DNA from: a virus
Taxonomy: Duplodnaviria; Caudoviricetes
Virus record (IMG/VR): IMGVR_UViG_3300007522_000026
Coordinates: 1-53,822 of that record
Direction: 5' to 3' (one strand)
DNA length: 53,822 nt
Made by a program: the position numbers and the translations under genes
Part shown: positions 9,342 through 17,841 of the stretch, one piece after another
Layout of the letters: each line of letters begins with the position of its first letter
How positions within the stretch are numbered: position 1 is the first letter of the stretch
The notes under the pieces: model-generated
The model's database searches: none
What the model was told of the DNA's origin: nothing
What the model saw: the letters and a program-made list of their open reading frames with translations, nothing else

Positions 9342-9615
9342 TCCAATGAAAGCATTACATGGCTTAGAAGCAGCCGTTAGCAGGATTTCTAAGCCTTTGG
9401 GGGTTGTCTTAACTAGCTTCCAAGTTACGTTAACAGACAAGAATGTTGATGACATTATCACTTTGGAGTTTGAGGTAGTAAAACCTGAAACTGTTGTTTG
9501 TGAAGAAACTATTGAGCAGAAGAAATATGATATGATGTTTGAAGACATTACAGATACTATTAACCTTTGCCAACCGTCAACTGAGAATATTAAACTTGAG
9601 GAATGGGATGACTAG
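9334..9615 (+). CDS. Hypothetical acidic protein
   Basis: AAGGAG RBS; overlaps both neighbours. Confidence 0.65.
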   Translation: MDDPMKALHGLEAAVSRISKPLGVVLTSFQVTLTDKNVDDIITLEFEVVKPETVVCEETIEQKKYDMMFEDITDTINLCQPSTENIKLEEWDD

Positions 9616-10388
9616 TGCAAGCACAATTGCCTAAAGATTGTTCAGATCCAAACATATACTTAGACTCACCCGAATGGGGTATAAGTCAGAAGATTGATGG
9701 TCAAAGAATGGTTTTATCAATTGATTCCGGCAAGGTAACGGGTTATAACCGTAATGGTGTTCAGAGAGATATACCGGTAACTATAAGTAATTACCTTAAG
9801 GATATGCCAATATCCTTAACACTTGATGGCGAGTTGCTTGACAATAAGTATCATATGTTTGATATCATATCTGCTACGATCTGCTCATGGCAATTAGAAA
9901 GGCGCTATCAGCTTGTTTGTGATCTTGCTAAAAGGATGGATTCCAATATTATAAGAAAGGTTAGTATTCATACGCTTAACAAGCGAGAGATATTTGATGA
10001 CCTGTTGCACTCTAAAGCTGAAGGCGTTGTGTTTAAGAAGCTTTCAGCGCCTTACAAGCCAGGCAGAAACAGTAACTTTGTAAAATACAAATTTCTTAAC
10101 GAGGTCGATTGTTATGTAACAGAGCTTGGTTGTGAAAGTAAATCTAATATGGTATTGTCTATGTGGAAAGATAATGAGTTTATCGAAGTTGGTAAGTGTT
10201 CAGCGTTGACAGCAGATGGACCATCTGTTAAAGTGGGGGATGTTGTAACAGTAACATGTCTATATGCAACAGATTCAGATAGGCTATATCATACAGTTAT
10301 GCCACGAATAAGGACAGACAAAGAACCACAAGATTGTGTTATAGGTCAGTTAGAATTATGCCGTACAAACAAAGAGGTTAGGGTTTAA
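9615..10388 (+). CDS. Minimal ATP-dependent DNA ligase
   Basis: Motif I QKIDGQR, LDGEL, MFDI, EGVVFKK, VKYK and an OB-fold ending RIRTDK. Confidence 0.88.
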   Translation: MQAQLPKDCSDPNIYLDSPEWGISQKIDGQRMVLSIDSGKVTGYNRNGVQRDIPVTISNYLKDMPISLTLDGELLDNKYHMFDIISATICSWQLERRYQLVCDLAKRMDSNIIRKVSIHTLNKREIFDDLLHSKAEGVVFKKLSAPYKPGRNSNFVKYKFLNEVDCYVTELGCESKSNMVLSMWKDNEFIEVGKCSALTADGPSVKVGDVVTVTCLYATDSDRLYHTVMPRIRTDKEPQDCVIGQLELCRTNKEVRV

Positions 10389-11578
10389 TGTTAAACGAAA
10401 AATTTCTTAACACAGAACAGTCAATGAAACGTTTCCTATTTGAAAGAGATGATGAGATCCACACATCTATTCTTGCTTTAATTGGCAAGATGCACCATCT
10501 CCAATACGGTGAGCCAGGAGTGGCTAAGAGTTTACTTGTAGATAGCCTATGTGATCATATTAGCGACTTTGGACCGAATGATAAGTTTTCCTACCTGCTT
10601 ACTAAGTTCACGGCAGCGGAAGAAGTTCTAGGTTTCCTAGACTTCTTCGGTCTAACAAAGGATGGTGTGTACCGTAAAGTTACTGACAGGAGATTGCCAA
10701 CAGCTAAGATTGCGTTCCTTGATGAGCTATGTAGATCATCTTCAGCTTTGATTAACTCACTGCTCAGAATTATGAATGAACGTCAGTTCGACAGCGGCGA
10801 AGGGGTTATTAAAGTACCTCTTATCTCTATGTTCACTGCAACAAATAGCCTGCCAGATTCCGCTGACCTAGAAGCTTTAGCTGACCGCTTCCACTTCTGG
10901 CATGAGGTTAAAAGAATTCAAGACCCATCTAACAAAGCAGAACTACTCAGAACACATAACCTTCACGAGTCAGAAGAAATTACTGACACGATCACACTTG
11001 GAGATATTGAAGAAGCGCATCATGAGATCGACTCAGTAGCTATCAGCAACGATCTTATTGAAGGTCTTCTAGACATCCTCGATAAGCTTAATCAGCTAGA
11101 GATTAATGTTAGCGATAGACGTGCAAGGCAAGCTGTCAAAGTTGTTCAGGCAGAGGCATGGTTACAGGGCAGGCAAGAAGCTAAGCTGATTGATTTACTA
11201 CCATTGCAGCATGTGTTCTGGAAGAACCCTGATGATATTGATAAAGTTTATGATGCTGTGTCTAACATTGCTTCGCCGATTGATAAAGAGATTCGTGCTA
11301 TTCGTGCCTCCATCAATGAGATGATGCATAACTTTAACAAGACCATGAAAGACACTCAGGAAGAAGTTGTTATTACTTCTCTTGGAACAGAATGTGTGCG
11401 TAAGCTTAGGTCTGCACAGAAAACTATTAACGATCTAGGTAAGCGTGCCAAGAAAGAAGGCTTGGATATGACTAAGGTTCATGAGCTGAGAGCTTTCACT
11501 GAGCAACAATTTCATATCATTAAGACTCAAGCATTTAGCTTGGAAGAAATTAAAGATGATAATGTTTATGACAACTAA
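10388..11578 (+). CDS. MoxR/RavA-type AAA+ ATPase
   Basis: GEPGVAKS, YLLTKFT..EEVLG, AFLDEL, LLRIMNER, ALADRF, VSDRR. Confidence 0.88.
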   Translation: MLNEKFLNTEQSMKRFLFERDDEIHTSILALIGKMHHLQYGEPGVAKSLLVDSLCDHISDFGPNDKFSYLLTKFTAAEEVLGFLDFFGLTKDGVYRKVTDRRLPTAKIAFLDELCRSSSALINSLLRIMNERQFDSGEGVIKVPLISMFTATNSLPDSADLEALADRFHFWHEVKRIQDPSNKAELLRTHNLHESEEITDTITLGDIEEAHHEIDSVAISNDLIEGLLDILDKLNQLEINVSDRRARQAVKVVQAEAWLQGRQEAKLIDLLPLQHVFWKNPDDIDKVYDAVSNIASPIDKEIRAIRASINEMMHNFNKTMKDTQEEVVITSLGTECVRKLRSAQKTINDLGKRAKKEGLDMTKVHELRAFTEQQFHIIKTQAFSLEEIKDDNVYDN

Positions 11579-11606
11579 TAATTGTCACTAATGATAAAGG
11601 AAATTA

Positions 11607-13097
11607 ATGTCTGACCACAAAGATCATTATACTATCCAAGCAGACCAATGGGACTTCAGGGCATCTGAGCGTTCATTCAAAAATAATAGAGAGCTGGCTG
11701 TAGCACAGAAACGTATTGCCAAGAAAGAAACTGGTGCAGAGATTTTCAGAGATTTGTTCCATGCTCTTATTAAAGCTGTGCCGCTACTCAAGAAAGAAGA
11801 AGAGGTTAACGCAAAGTACTCTATCAACTATAAGGTTATGAATGAGATGCTTAACATGGAAGAGTTCCAGACGATGCGTAAAATGTCTGCTGGTGATTCT
11901 GTAGGAACGTCCATAGCTTGTGTTCATCTGGAACCTAAACTTGATATACTTTTTGATAAGTTGAAAAAGCTACAAGATGCTGCTAACCAACTTTCAGATA
12001 AGCAGGAACAGCTTCAGGATGCTCAAGATAAAAAGACTTCTGATGAACTCATAGAAGACATGATGAAAGAAGTTAATGAACTTGAGCGCTCTCTGAGCGA
12101 TGACCTTAATGAGGCTGGCTCAGAGGTTCGTGATGTCATGCAGGAGTCCATGAAGGAGCTAGGTGAACAGGCTGAAGGTGAACAGTTTGCTGAGGGATGG
12201 GGTTTAGGCTCCGGAGAGTTAGCTAGAATGAGTCACATAGAAAGGGTTAGTTTAGCTAAACGACTTTCAACACCAGAGTTTAAACGCATGGCAGAAGTAG
12301 TTGGTAGATTCCAAAACATGGCAACTTCAAATGTCGAAGAAGTTAATGTCAATGCTTACGATGAAATCTATGATATTGAAATGGGTAACGACTGGTCTAG
12401 GTTATTAGGTTCAGAAATGGTTGCGTTCGGTGAGGATATATTATTCTATGAGCAGGCCAAAAAGTATCTTGAGCGCAGCCTAGCCCAGTACGCTATTCGT
12501 GGTATCGAAACAAAAACTAAAGGTAGTATAATCTACTGTTGTGATGGTTCACCTTCAATGAGTGGTGACCGTGAGATATGGGCTAAAGCAATTGGACTAG
12601 CTTTACTTAAAGTTGCTGAAGTACAGAAACGAAAGTTTGTGGCTATACACTTCGGTGGTCCCGGACAGTACCTTCGCATGGAATATGATACTTCAGGATC
12701 ACAAATTGCTGTAACTGTAACAAGGAATAAGAACCATAAGTTCATGTACCGTAAAGAAGGCTTTGAGGCGATCATGGAATTTGCTGAGTTAGGTTATCAA
12801 GGTGGCGGAACAAGCTATGTTGATCCTCTTGAGGAAGCAATTAGCATAATCGAAGAAGAAGCTGGCGATGGTGCGGTAACATCTGATATAATCTTTGCTA
12901 CGGATGATGAGTGCATGGTTCCTAGCTCTTGGGAAAAACGTTTTCTAGCTAGTAAAGAAGAGCTAGGTTTCAAGATGTATTCTTTTGTTATCGGTTCAGC
13001 TAGAGTCAATACTATGAATCGTATATCGGATATTGTTCTTTCACCTAAATCATTATTGGATGGAACAGACTTAGAGAAAATATTTAAAGAACTATAA
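11607..13097 (+). CDS. VWA-domain protein (ViaA/CoxE-like partner)
   Basis: MIDAS DGSPSM, GGTSY, IFATDD; follows the MoxR ATPase. Confidence 0.85.
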   Translation: MSDHKDHYTIQADQWDFRASERSFKNNRELAVAQKRIAKKETGAEIFRDLFHALIKAVPLLKKEEEVNAKYSINYKVMNEMLNMEEFQTMRKMSAGDSVGTSIACVHLEPKLDILFDKLKKLQDAANQLSDKQEQLQDAQDKKTSDELIEDMMKEVNELERSLSDDLNEAGSEVRDVMQESMKELGEQAEGEQFAEGWGLGSGELARMSHIERVSLAKRLSTPEFKRMAEVVGRFQNMATSNVEEVNVNAYDEIYDIEMGNDWSRLLGSEMVAFGEDILFYEQAKKYLERSLAQYAIRGIETKTKGSIIYCCDGSPSMSGDREIWAKAIGLALLKVAEVQKRKFVAIHFGGPGQYLRMEYDTSGSQIAVTVTRNKNHKFMYRKEGFEAIMEFAELGYQGGGTSYVDPLEEAISIIEEEAGDGAVTSDIIFATDDECMVPSSWEKRFLASKEELGFKMYSFVIGSARVNTMNRISDIVLSPKSLLDGTDLEKIFKEL

Positions 13098-13115
13098 ACT
13101 ACTGAACGGATATTA

Positions 13116-13883
13116 GTGTTGTATAAATTACAATTTTTGAAAGATACATCCACCGCCATAATACCACCAGAGTATGACAATAATTCTACTGTTGTTGTCT
13201 ACAGGGAGGGTTATAAGCTACCTAAACTTAACAATGTAGAATATATTGAGTTTGAAAAATATAGGTACAAGTATTATGATATGCATCATAGTACTATTAT
13301 CATTGTTGGTATCAATAAGATTATAACTCCAAGTACTAGAACAAATATTATATTTGAGTACATACAAGAAAATTCTAATAGCATAGAAAAGATTATTATA
13401 GACACTGCACCATTCGTAGGTGAGCCTTGGAGATTCTGGTGGGCATTTTCTATTACTAATAATAACCCTTGGCTCTGGCCTCATTCTTATACGGTAGAAA
13501 CTGAATGGAAGCATTGGTTTCTTAGGGAAGAAGATGATTGCCAGTTATCTGCTAAAAAAATTAAAGGAACTTTCGATGGTGTATATTCTGATTTAGATAA
13601 AATAGAATCTACTTTTTCATTCAGGTCACCATCAGATGATGAAATTGCTTTATATGATGCAGTTAAAGAAACTGCATTTCAAACTAATGCAACACCTAAG
13701 ACTATTATAAATTATATGATTAAAAATCTTGCCAATAGTACCACTATGAATAAAGTATCATTTGATGATTTTTATTCCAATAAAGACTTTGTTTGGCCTG
13801 AGTTTGGTGTATACAAATTTATTGCTGAAGAGAATATTAGACGTATGGATTTCTATAATACTCTAATAGGTAAAGGAGTTTAA
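13116..13883 (+). CDS. Hypothetical protein, possibly a degenerate SNF2/SF2 helicase N-terminal domain
   Basis: TIIIVGINKIITPSTRT...KIIIDTAPFVGEPWRFW parallels SNF2 motif II-III spacing with DExH lost. Confidence 0.45.
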   Translation: MLYKLQFLKDTSTAIIPPEYDNNSTVVVYREGYKLPKLNNVEYIEFEKYRYKYYDMHHSTIIIVGINKIITPSTRTNIIFEYIQENSNSIEKIIIDTAPFVGEPWRFWWAFSITNNNPWLWPHSYTVETEWKHWFLREEDDCQLSAKKIKGTFDGVYSDLDKIESTFSFRSPSDDEIALYDAVKETAFQTNATPKTIINYMIKNLANSTTMNKVSFDDFYSNKDFVWPEFGVYKFIAEENIRRMDFYNTLIGKGV

Positions 13884-13885
13884 AT

Positions 13886-14962
13886 ATGGCTAAAAGAATT
13901 TATGAAAATAATACAGTATTAGAAGCAGCTAGAGAAAGAATGTCTTTCATATTTGATGAGTTTGAACGTGTACAAGTTTCAGTATCAGGTGGTAAAGATA
14001 GTACTGTACTGTACCATCTGGCCCTACAGGAAGCCATCCTTAGAGGTAGAAAGCTAGAGGTATTCTGGTTAGATCAAGAGGCAGAATATACAGCCTCAGT
14101 GGATACTGTGAAGCTACAGATGCAACATGAGAACGTAATACCACTGTGGTATCAGGTTCCGGTCTACATGACTAACGCAACAAGCTATTCAAACTACTTC
14201 CTATACGCTTGGGGTAAGGGCGAGCAATGGATGCGTGAGAAAGACCCTATGGCTATTCAAAGCATAGAAGAAGATTATCCTGAAAGATTCTACGAGTTCT
14301 TCCCCTATCTAGAAGAGCAAAATAAAGATGCAGCTTTCCTTGTTGGACTAAGGGCAGAAGAAGGTATCATGAGATACCGAGCCGTTACTAAGAACCCTGG
14401 GTATAAAAATACATACTGGGCAACCACAACCAATGGCGCACACAAGTTCTATCCAATCTATGACTGGGGTTGGAATGATGTGTGGAAATTTGTTTGGGAT
14501 TATAATATTACTTATAACAATATTTATGATAAGATGTTCTGGTCCAACTACAGCATGTATAGTATGCGTGTATCAAACCTTGTTCATGAAAAAAGCTATA
14601 AGTGTCTCATAGATTTACCAAAGTTTGAACCAGAAACATACGATGCATTATGTAAACGGATAGGCGGTATCTCAACTGCTTCAAGGTATGCGAGTGAGAA
14701 GTTAATATTTAGTAATAAGACTTTGCCTTCACATTATGAGAACTGGGAAGAGTTTAGAAACTTCTTGTTTGATAATATCCAAGAAGAAGATCATAAAATA
14801 ATATTTGAGAAGAGATTCTCATCTCAACCTAACGATGAAGAAACATATAAAAAACAGGTAGGACAGTTACTGCTCAATGATTGGGAGAATTCAAAACCAA
14901 TCGCAGCTATAGACATGGAAAGAAAGGAAGAGTTTAAATCAAGATGGATGACAATCTTATAA
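13886..14962 (+). CDS. PAPS-reductase family PP-loop protein (IbrA/YbdN-like)
   Basis: SVSGGKDS PP-loop, LDQEAEY, VGLRAEEG..R, YPIYDW, MRVSNLVHE. Confidence 0.85.
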   Translation: MAKRIYENNTVLEAARERMSFIFDEFERVQVSVSGGKDSTVLYHLALQEAILRGRKLEVFWLDQEAEYTASVDTVKLQMQHENVIPLWYQVPVYMTNATSYSNYFLYAWGKGEQWMREKDPMAIQSIEEDYPERFYEFFPYLEEQNKDAAFLVGLRAEEGIMRYRAVTKNPGYKNTYWATTTNGAHKFYPIYDWGWNDVWKFVWDYNITYNNIYDKMFWSNYSMYSMRVSNLVHEKSYKCLIDLPKFEPETYDALCKRIGGISTASRYASEKLIFSNKTLPSHYENWEEFRNFLFDNIQEEDHKIIFEKRFSSQPNDEETYKKQVGQLLLNDWENSKPIAAIDMERKEEFKSRWMTIL

Positions 14963-15447
14963 AGTTTATTTTACCTAAAGAGGTAGGCATTACCGAACTA
15001 CAAGCAAACGATTATAACCCTAATCGTATGCCATCAGATGAGATGAGCCTATTAAGAAACTGTATTGATAGATTTGGTTTCTTGTTCCCAATTGTTACTA
15101 CTTGGGATGAAGAACTTATGAAGTATAGGATTATTGATGGCTACCATCGTTATGAAACTCTTATTAGAATGGGTTCGCAGAAAGCTCTAATTGTTGATCT
15201 AGAAATATCATATCATGATGCCGTACAGCTTACTGTTCTCATGAATAGAATCAAGGGCCTACATCAGGTTGAAAAGATGAGTGATCTAATCGTGAAGCTT
15301 TCTGATCTTGGTTTAGAAGATGATGAGATTTCACAGAATCTTGGCATGGAAGAAGAGGAACTTATTAGACTTAAGCAGCAGCTTGGTATCTCTCATGTAT
15401 TCAAGGATAGAGAATATTCTAACTCTTGGAGTGCAGAAATAAGATAA
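14944..15447 (+). CDS. ParB/Srx N-terminal domain protein (IbrB/YbdM-like)
   Basis: ANDYNPNRM, GFLFPIV, IIDGYHR, NRIKGLH, C-terminal HTH-like LGMEEEELIRLKQ. Confidence 0.85.
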   Translation: MDDNLIKFILPKEVGITELQANDYNPNRMPSDEMSLLRNCIDRFGFLFPIVTTWDEELMKYRIIDGYHRYETLIRMGSQKALIVDLEISYHDAVQLTVLMNRIKGLHQVEKMSDLIVKLSDLGLEDDEISQNLGMEEEELIRLKQQLGISHVFKDREYSNSWSAEIR

Positions 15448-15455
15448 TGGACTTA

Positions 15456-15525
15456 CCCCTGCGAGCTGGACGCTCAACAGACGTTTCTACCGTTAGTTCG
15501 CCAAGTTCAATTCTTGGGCGGGGGA
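15456..15525 (+). tRNA. Atypical tRNA, probably Arg (anticodon TCT)
   Basis: Acceptor CCCCTGC/GCGGGGG; T-arm CCAAG-TTCAATT-CTTGG; anticodon loop TTTCTAC (TCT at 15486-15488); D-arm GAGC-TGGAC-GCTC. Confidence 0.65.
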
Positions 15526-15561
15526 CTGCAACAACAACAACAACAAATGGAGATAATAAGT

Positions 15562-15738
15562 ATGTATAATGTAGTATTTGATGCTGACGAAGATGTTGCG
15601 GAACAACTAATCAGAAAGCCAGGTAATAAATATTATTTGGAATGCATTCAGTCTGATGCAGTGTACACTGGTAGCACAAAAGAATCTAGTGATGGTTCTG
15701 TAGTGTTTAAGATCCGTATGGGGGTTGATAATGCATAA
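15562..15738 (+). CDS. Hypothetical protein
   Basis: GGAG RBS before MYNVVFDA; the 15514 start in the track overlaps the tRNA. Confidence 0.55.
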   Translation: MYNVVFDADEDVAEQLIRKPGNKYYLECIQSDAVYTGSTKESSDGSVVFKIRMGVDNA

Positions 15739-16168
15739 TAAAGAAAATTACGTTATTCCAGAAGATGCTGGAGAGTATTATGATGGCCTAAAAACAATCC
15801 TATCTAAGTTTAATGATAGTTATGTTGGCTATATCTCTTGCGATAAAGGTTGGTATCCTCTAATCATAAGTTGCGATGAGGAACTTTCAGCCGTGTGCCC
15901 CGATTACAATATCCTTCAGATTAAAGAAAAGTTTGGGGGCCTTAGATACTATATTTACGCACCTGAAGAATGTGATAATGATCGTGTCAAAATGAATAAT
16001 ATTATTAAATCCTATGAGAAACTTTCAGCTAAAACATGTGAAATTACTGGTGAGCCGGGTGTCCTTATGGGCGAAACTAGTAGTCCATTTGCTTGGGTTA
16101 AGACTTTAGATCCATCTAAGGAGATTAAAGGCTACGAAAATTGGGTGAAATATCTTCATTATCATTGA
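15731..16168 (+). CDS. Conserved-type phage hypothetical protein
   Basis: GWYPLI...QIKEKFGGLRYY...CEITGEPG, a motif common in phage proteins. Confidence 0.75.
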   Translation: MHNKENYVIPEDAGEYYDGLKTILSKFNDSYVGYISCDKGWYPLIISCDEELSAVCPDYNILQIKEKFGGLRYYIYAPEECDNDRVKMNNIIKSYEKLSAKTCEITGEPGVLMGETSSPFAWVKTLDPSKEIKGYENWVKYLHYH

Positions 16169-16238
16169 ACTGAAGCAGTCCTACTGTTCGTGCTGTTATT
16201 AAATCCCCGAAAAGTTAAACTAATGTAAATGTGGTTTG

Positions 16239-16286
16239 TAATAAAAATAGGCCGTAGCCCTCATGGGTTACGGCCTATTTTTATTA
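16239..16286. terminator. Bidirectional intrinsic terminator at the convergence of the two arms
   Basis: TAATAAAAATAGGCCGTAGCCC-TCAT-GGGTTACGGCCTATTTTTATTA, with A/T tracts on both sides. Confidence 0.9.
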
Positions 16287-16297
16287 CCATTTTTGGT

Positions 16298-16552
16298 CTA
16301 CAACGCACCTCGCACCACAAGCGCCAGCACAGCAGCCAGCACACTTGTCAGCACAAGCCCCACAAGGCCTGTAGTCAGCTTTTCTAGTGGCTTGAGCCTC
16401 AGGTCTGTATGCTCACGGAAAGCAATAAAAACTGCCTGCTCAACGTACTTCTCAAACCTTCTTTCAGTTTCATCAATATCTTTACGAATTTCATCCACAG
16501 CTGCCTGAAGAAGTGCCCGCTGAATCTTATCATTTAATTCTTCTGAAGCCAT
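16298..16552 (-). CDS. Small membrane protein (C-terminal TM; possible holin/lysis accessory)
   Basis: Coiled N-terminus plus LVGLVLTSVLAAVLALVV. Confidence 0.7.
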   Translation of the reverse strand: MASEELNDKIQRALLQAAVDEIRKDIDETERRFEKYVEQAVFIAFREHTDLRLKPLEKLTTGLVGLVLTSVLAAVLALVVRGAL

Positions 16553-16553
16553 A

Positions 16554-17138
16554 TTACTCCGATCTAATTCTGAAGCTGGTAGTTATCCAAGTTCTACTTT
16601 CGCCTTTACTCCCATCTGATTTGATTGGGGTTTCAAAGCCTGTGAGATGCCAAATTGATGTTTCTATGCCTTCCAGTTTAAAAATTCTTACTTGTTCCAC
16701 AATTTCATTAGGCACAGAGACTCGGTAGGTTTGATTAACACAACCAGGGCCTCTAATGCCCGTATTCGTACCAGTTTTTATTTCTGAGCCGGGCGGCTCA
16801 TCTGTAACCCAAATCACCGTTCCCTCTACATTCACACGCCCATCGGCACATTTTATACCATTTATTACAAGAGTATCATTTACACCTATTGTTGGATATG
16901 ATATACCGTCTATAATTTCTTGTTTATTTATAACTACCTGCAAGGGGTATTCGCCAAGTGGATTCCACTTAAATAGATAAATAAACGATTGTAAAAGTGT
17001 AATAACTAATATAGTCATTGCTATAGTAATGACTATTATACCAAAACGACCAATAGCTTTACGGAGTCTAATATCAGGAGAGGCCGAAACTTCTGCAAGA
17101 ATTTTATCAGATACACTCCCATGCTTATAAGAATCCAT
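16554..17138 (-). CDS. Membrane-anchored protein
   Basis: N-terminal TM FGIIVITIAMTILVITLL followed by a beta-rich domain with 2 Cys. Confidence 0.7.
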   Translation of the reverse strand: MDSYKHGSVSDKILAEVSASPDIRLRKAIGRFGIIVITIAMTILVITLLQSFIYLFKWNPLGEYPLQVVINKQEIIDGISYPTIGVNDTLVINGIKCADGRVNVEGTVIWVTDEPPGSEIKTGTNTGIRGPGCVNQTYRVSVPNEIVEQVRIFKLEGIETSIWHLTGFETPIKSDGSKGESRTWITTSFRIRSE

Positions 17139-17182
17139 TATGTTTTATCTTTTGTTCGCATATTCCGCCTTTGTATAAAGTA

Positions 17183-17191
17183 TGATATAAT
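17183..17191 (+). promoter_or_regulatory. Extended -10 promoter for tRNA-Tyr
   Basis: TGATATAAT (TGnTATAAT) about 30 nt before the tRNA. Confidence 0.6.
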
Positions 17192-17220
17192 AGATATCGA
17201 CAATACAATTAATATTTATA

Positions 17221-17303
17221 GGAAGCGTGAGAGAGTGGACAATTCTAGCAGGCTGTAAACCTGCCGCCCTTAGGCTACGCAAGTTCGAATCTTGCCGCTT
17301 CCA
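17221..17303 (+). tRNA. tRNA-Tyr (GTA)
   Basis: GGAAGCG/CGCTTCC acceptor, GCAGG-CTGTAAA-CCTGC, long variable arm, GCAAG-TTCGAAT-CTTGC, discriminator A. Confidence 0.95.
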
Positions 17304-17325
17304 CCCAATTAACTAGGAGAAAATA

Positions 17326-17481
17326 ATGCAAATGACCGTATGTGAATCCTGTGGCGTTGGACCAGAAGATGAATGTAATGATGAATGTAATATAGTAGAA
17401 AAAATGACAGAATCTACTGAACAAAGAAATGTTCTGCTTACCGAAGTCCTAAGAGACTACTATCATAGTAGGTGGATTTGA
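17326..17481 (+). CDS. Small Cys-containing acidic protein (51 aa)
   Basis: AGGAG RBS; MQMTVCESCGVGPEDECNDEC...YYHSRWI*; ends inside the hairpin GTAGGTGG-N6-CCACCTAC. Confidence 0.6.
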   Translation: MQMTVCESCGVGPEDECNDECNIVEKMTESTEQRNVLLTEVLRDYYHSRWI

Positions 17482-17489
17482 CCACCTAC

Positions 17490-17821
17490 CTCTATCGTGT
17501 TTCATCGGCCGGAAGGTCACTCTCGCCTTGGCTGGGGCAAAACCTTGGTGAGCCTGCGTCGAGCGAGGCTTAGCCGCAACGTACCCAGCGGTGGTGACCC
17601 GCATACCATCGAAGATCCCTAGCGTGATGGTCGGGTCACCATGCCGCACCTACCCCGCCCACCGTGCGCTTCTCGCATCCATTGATGGAGCAGATGGGGC
17701 TTGCGTGACGGCGTCTGCCTCGGTTCACGTCACCCGTCAGGCGGACCCGTTCGTAGTGCATGTTGCACATCCCCTTGGCCTTGGCATTGCGGGTGCAGTG
17801 GGGTGCGGAGCATGTCGCCAT
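17490..17821 (-). pseudogene. Decayed HNH-endonuclease-type gene (N-terminal Cys/His repeats)
   Basis: CSAPHCTRNAKAKGMCNMHYERVRLTGD and a second truncated repeat CSINGCEKR whose RHGDP continuation lies in another frame; no nuclease domain; GC-rich. Confidence 0.6.
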
Positions 17822-17841
17822 ACTCCGCACCCCACCAGACG

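Noticed and set aside
13886-14962. Sulfur-assimilation AMG (cysH) or a complete Dnd/Ssp system
   Set aside because: Motifs and the ParB partner fit IbrA/YbdN better, and no other dnd, ssp or cys genes are present.
15484-15490. Amber suppressor (CTA) reading of the atypical tRNA, or genetic-code reassignment
   Set aside because: The stem pairs only with TCT centred in the loop, and genes are intact in the standard code with TAG used as a stop.
16169-16238. Possible riboswitch or ribozyme before the terminator
   Set aside because: Only weak short stems; no hammerhead or preQ1 core.
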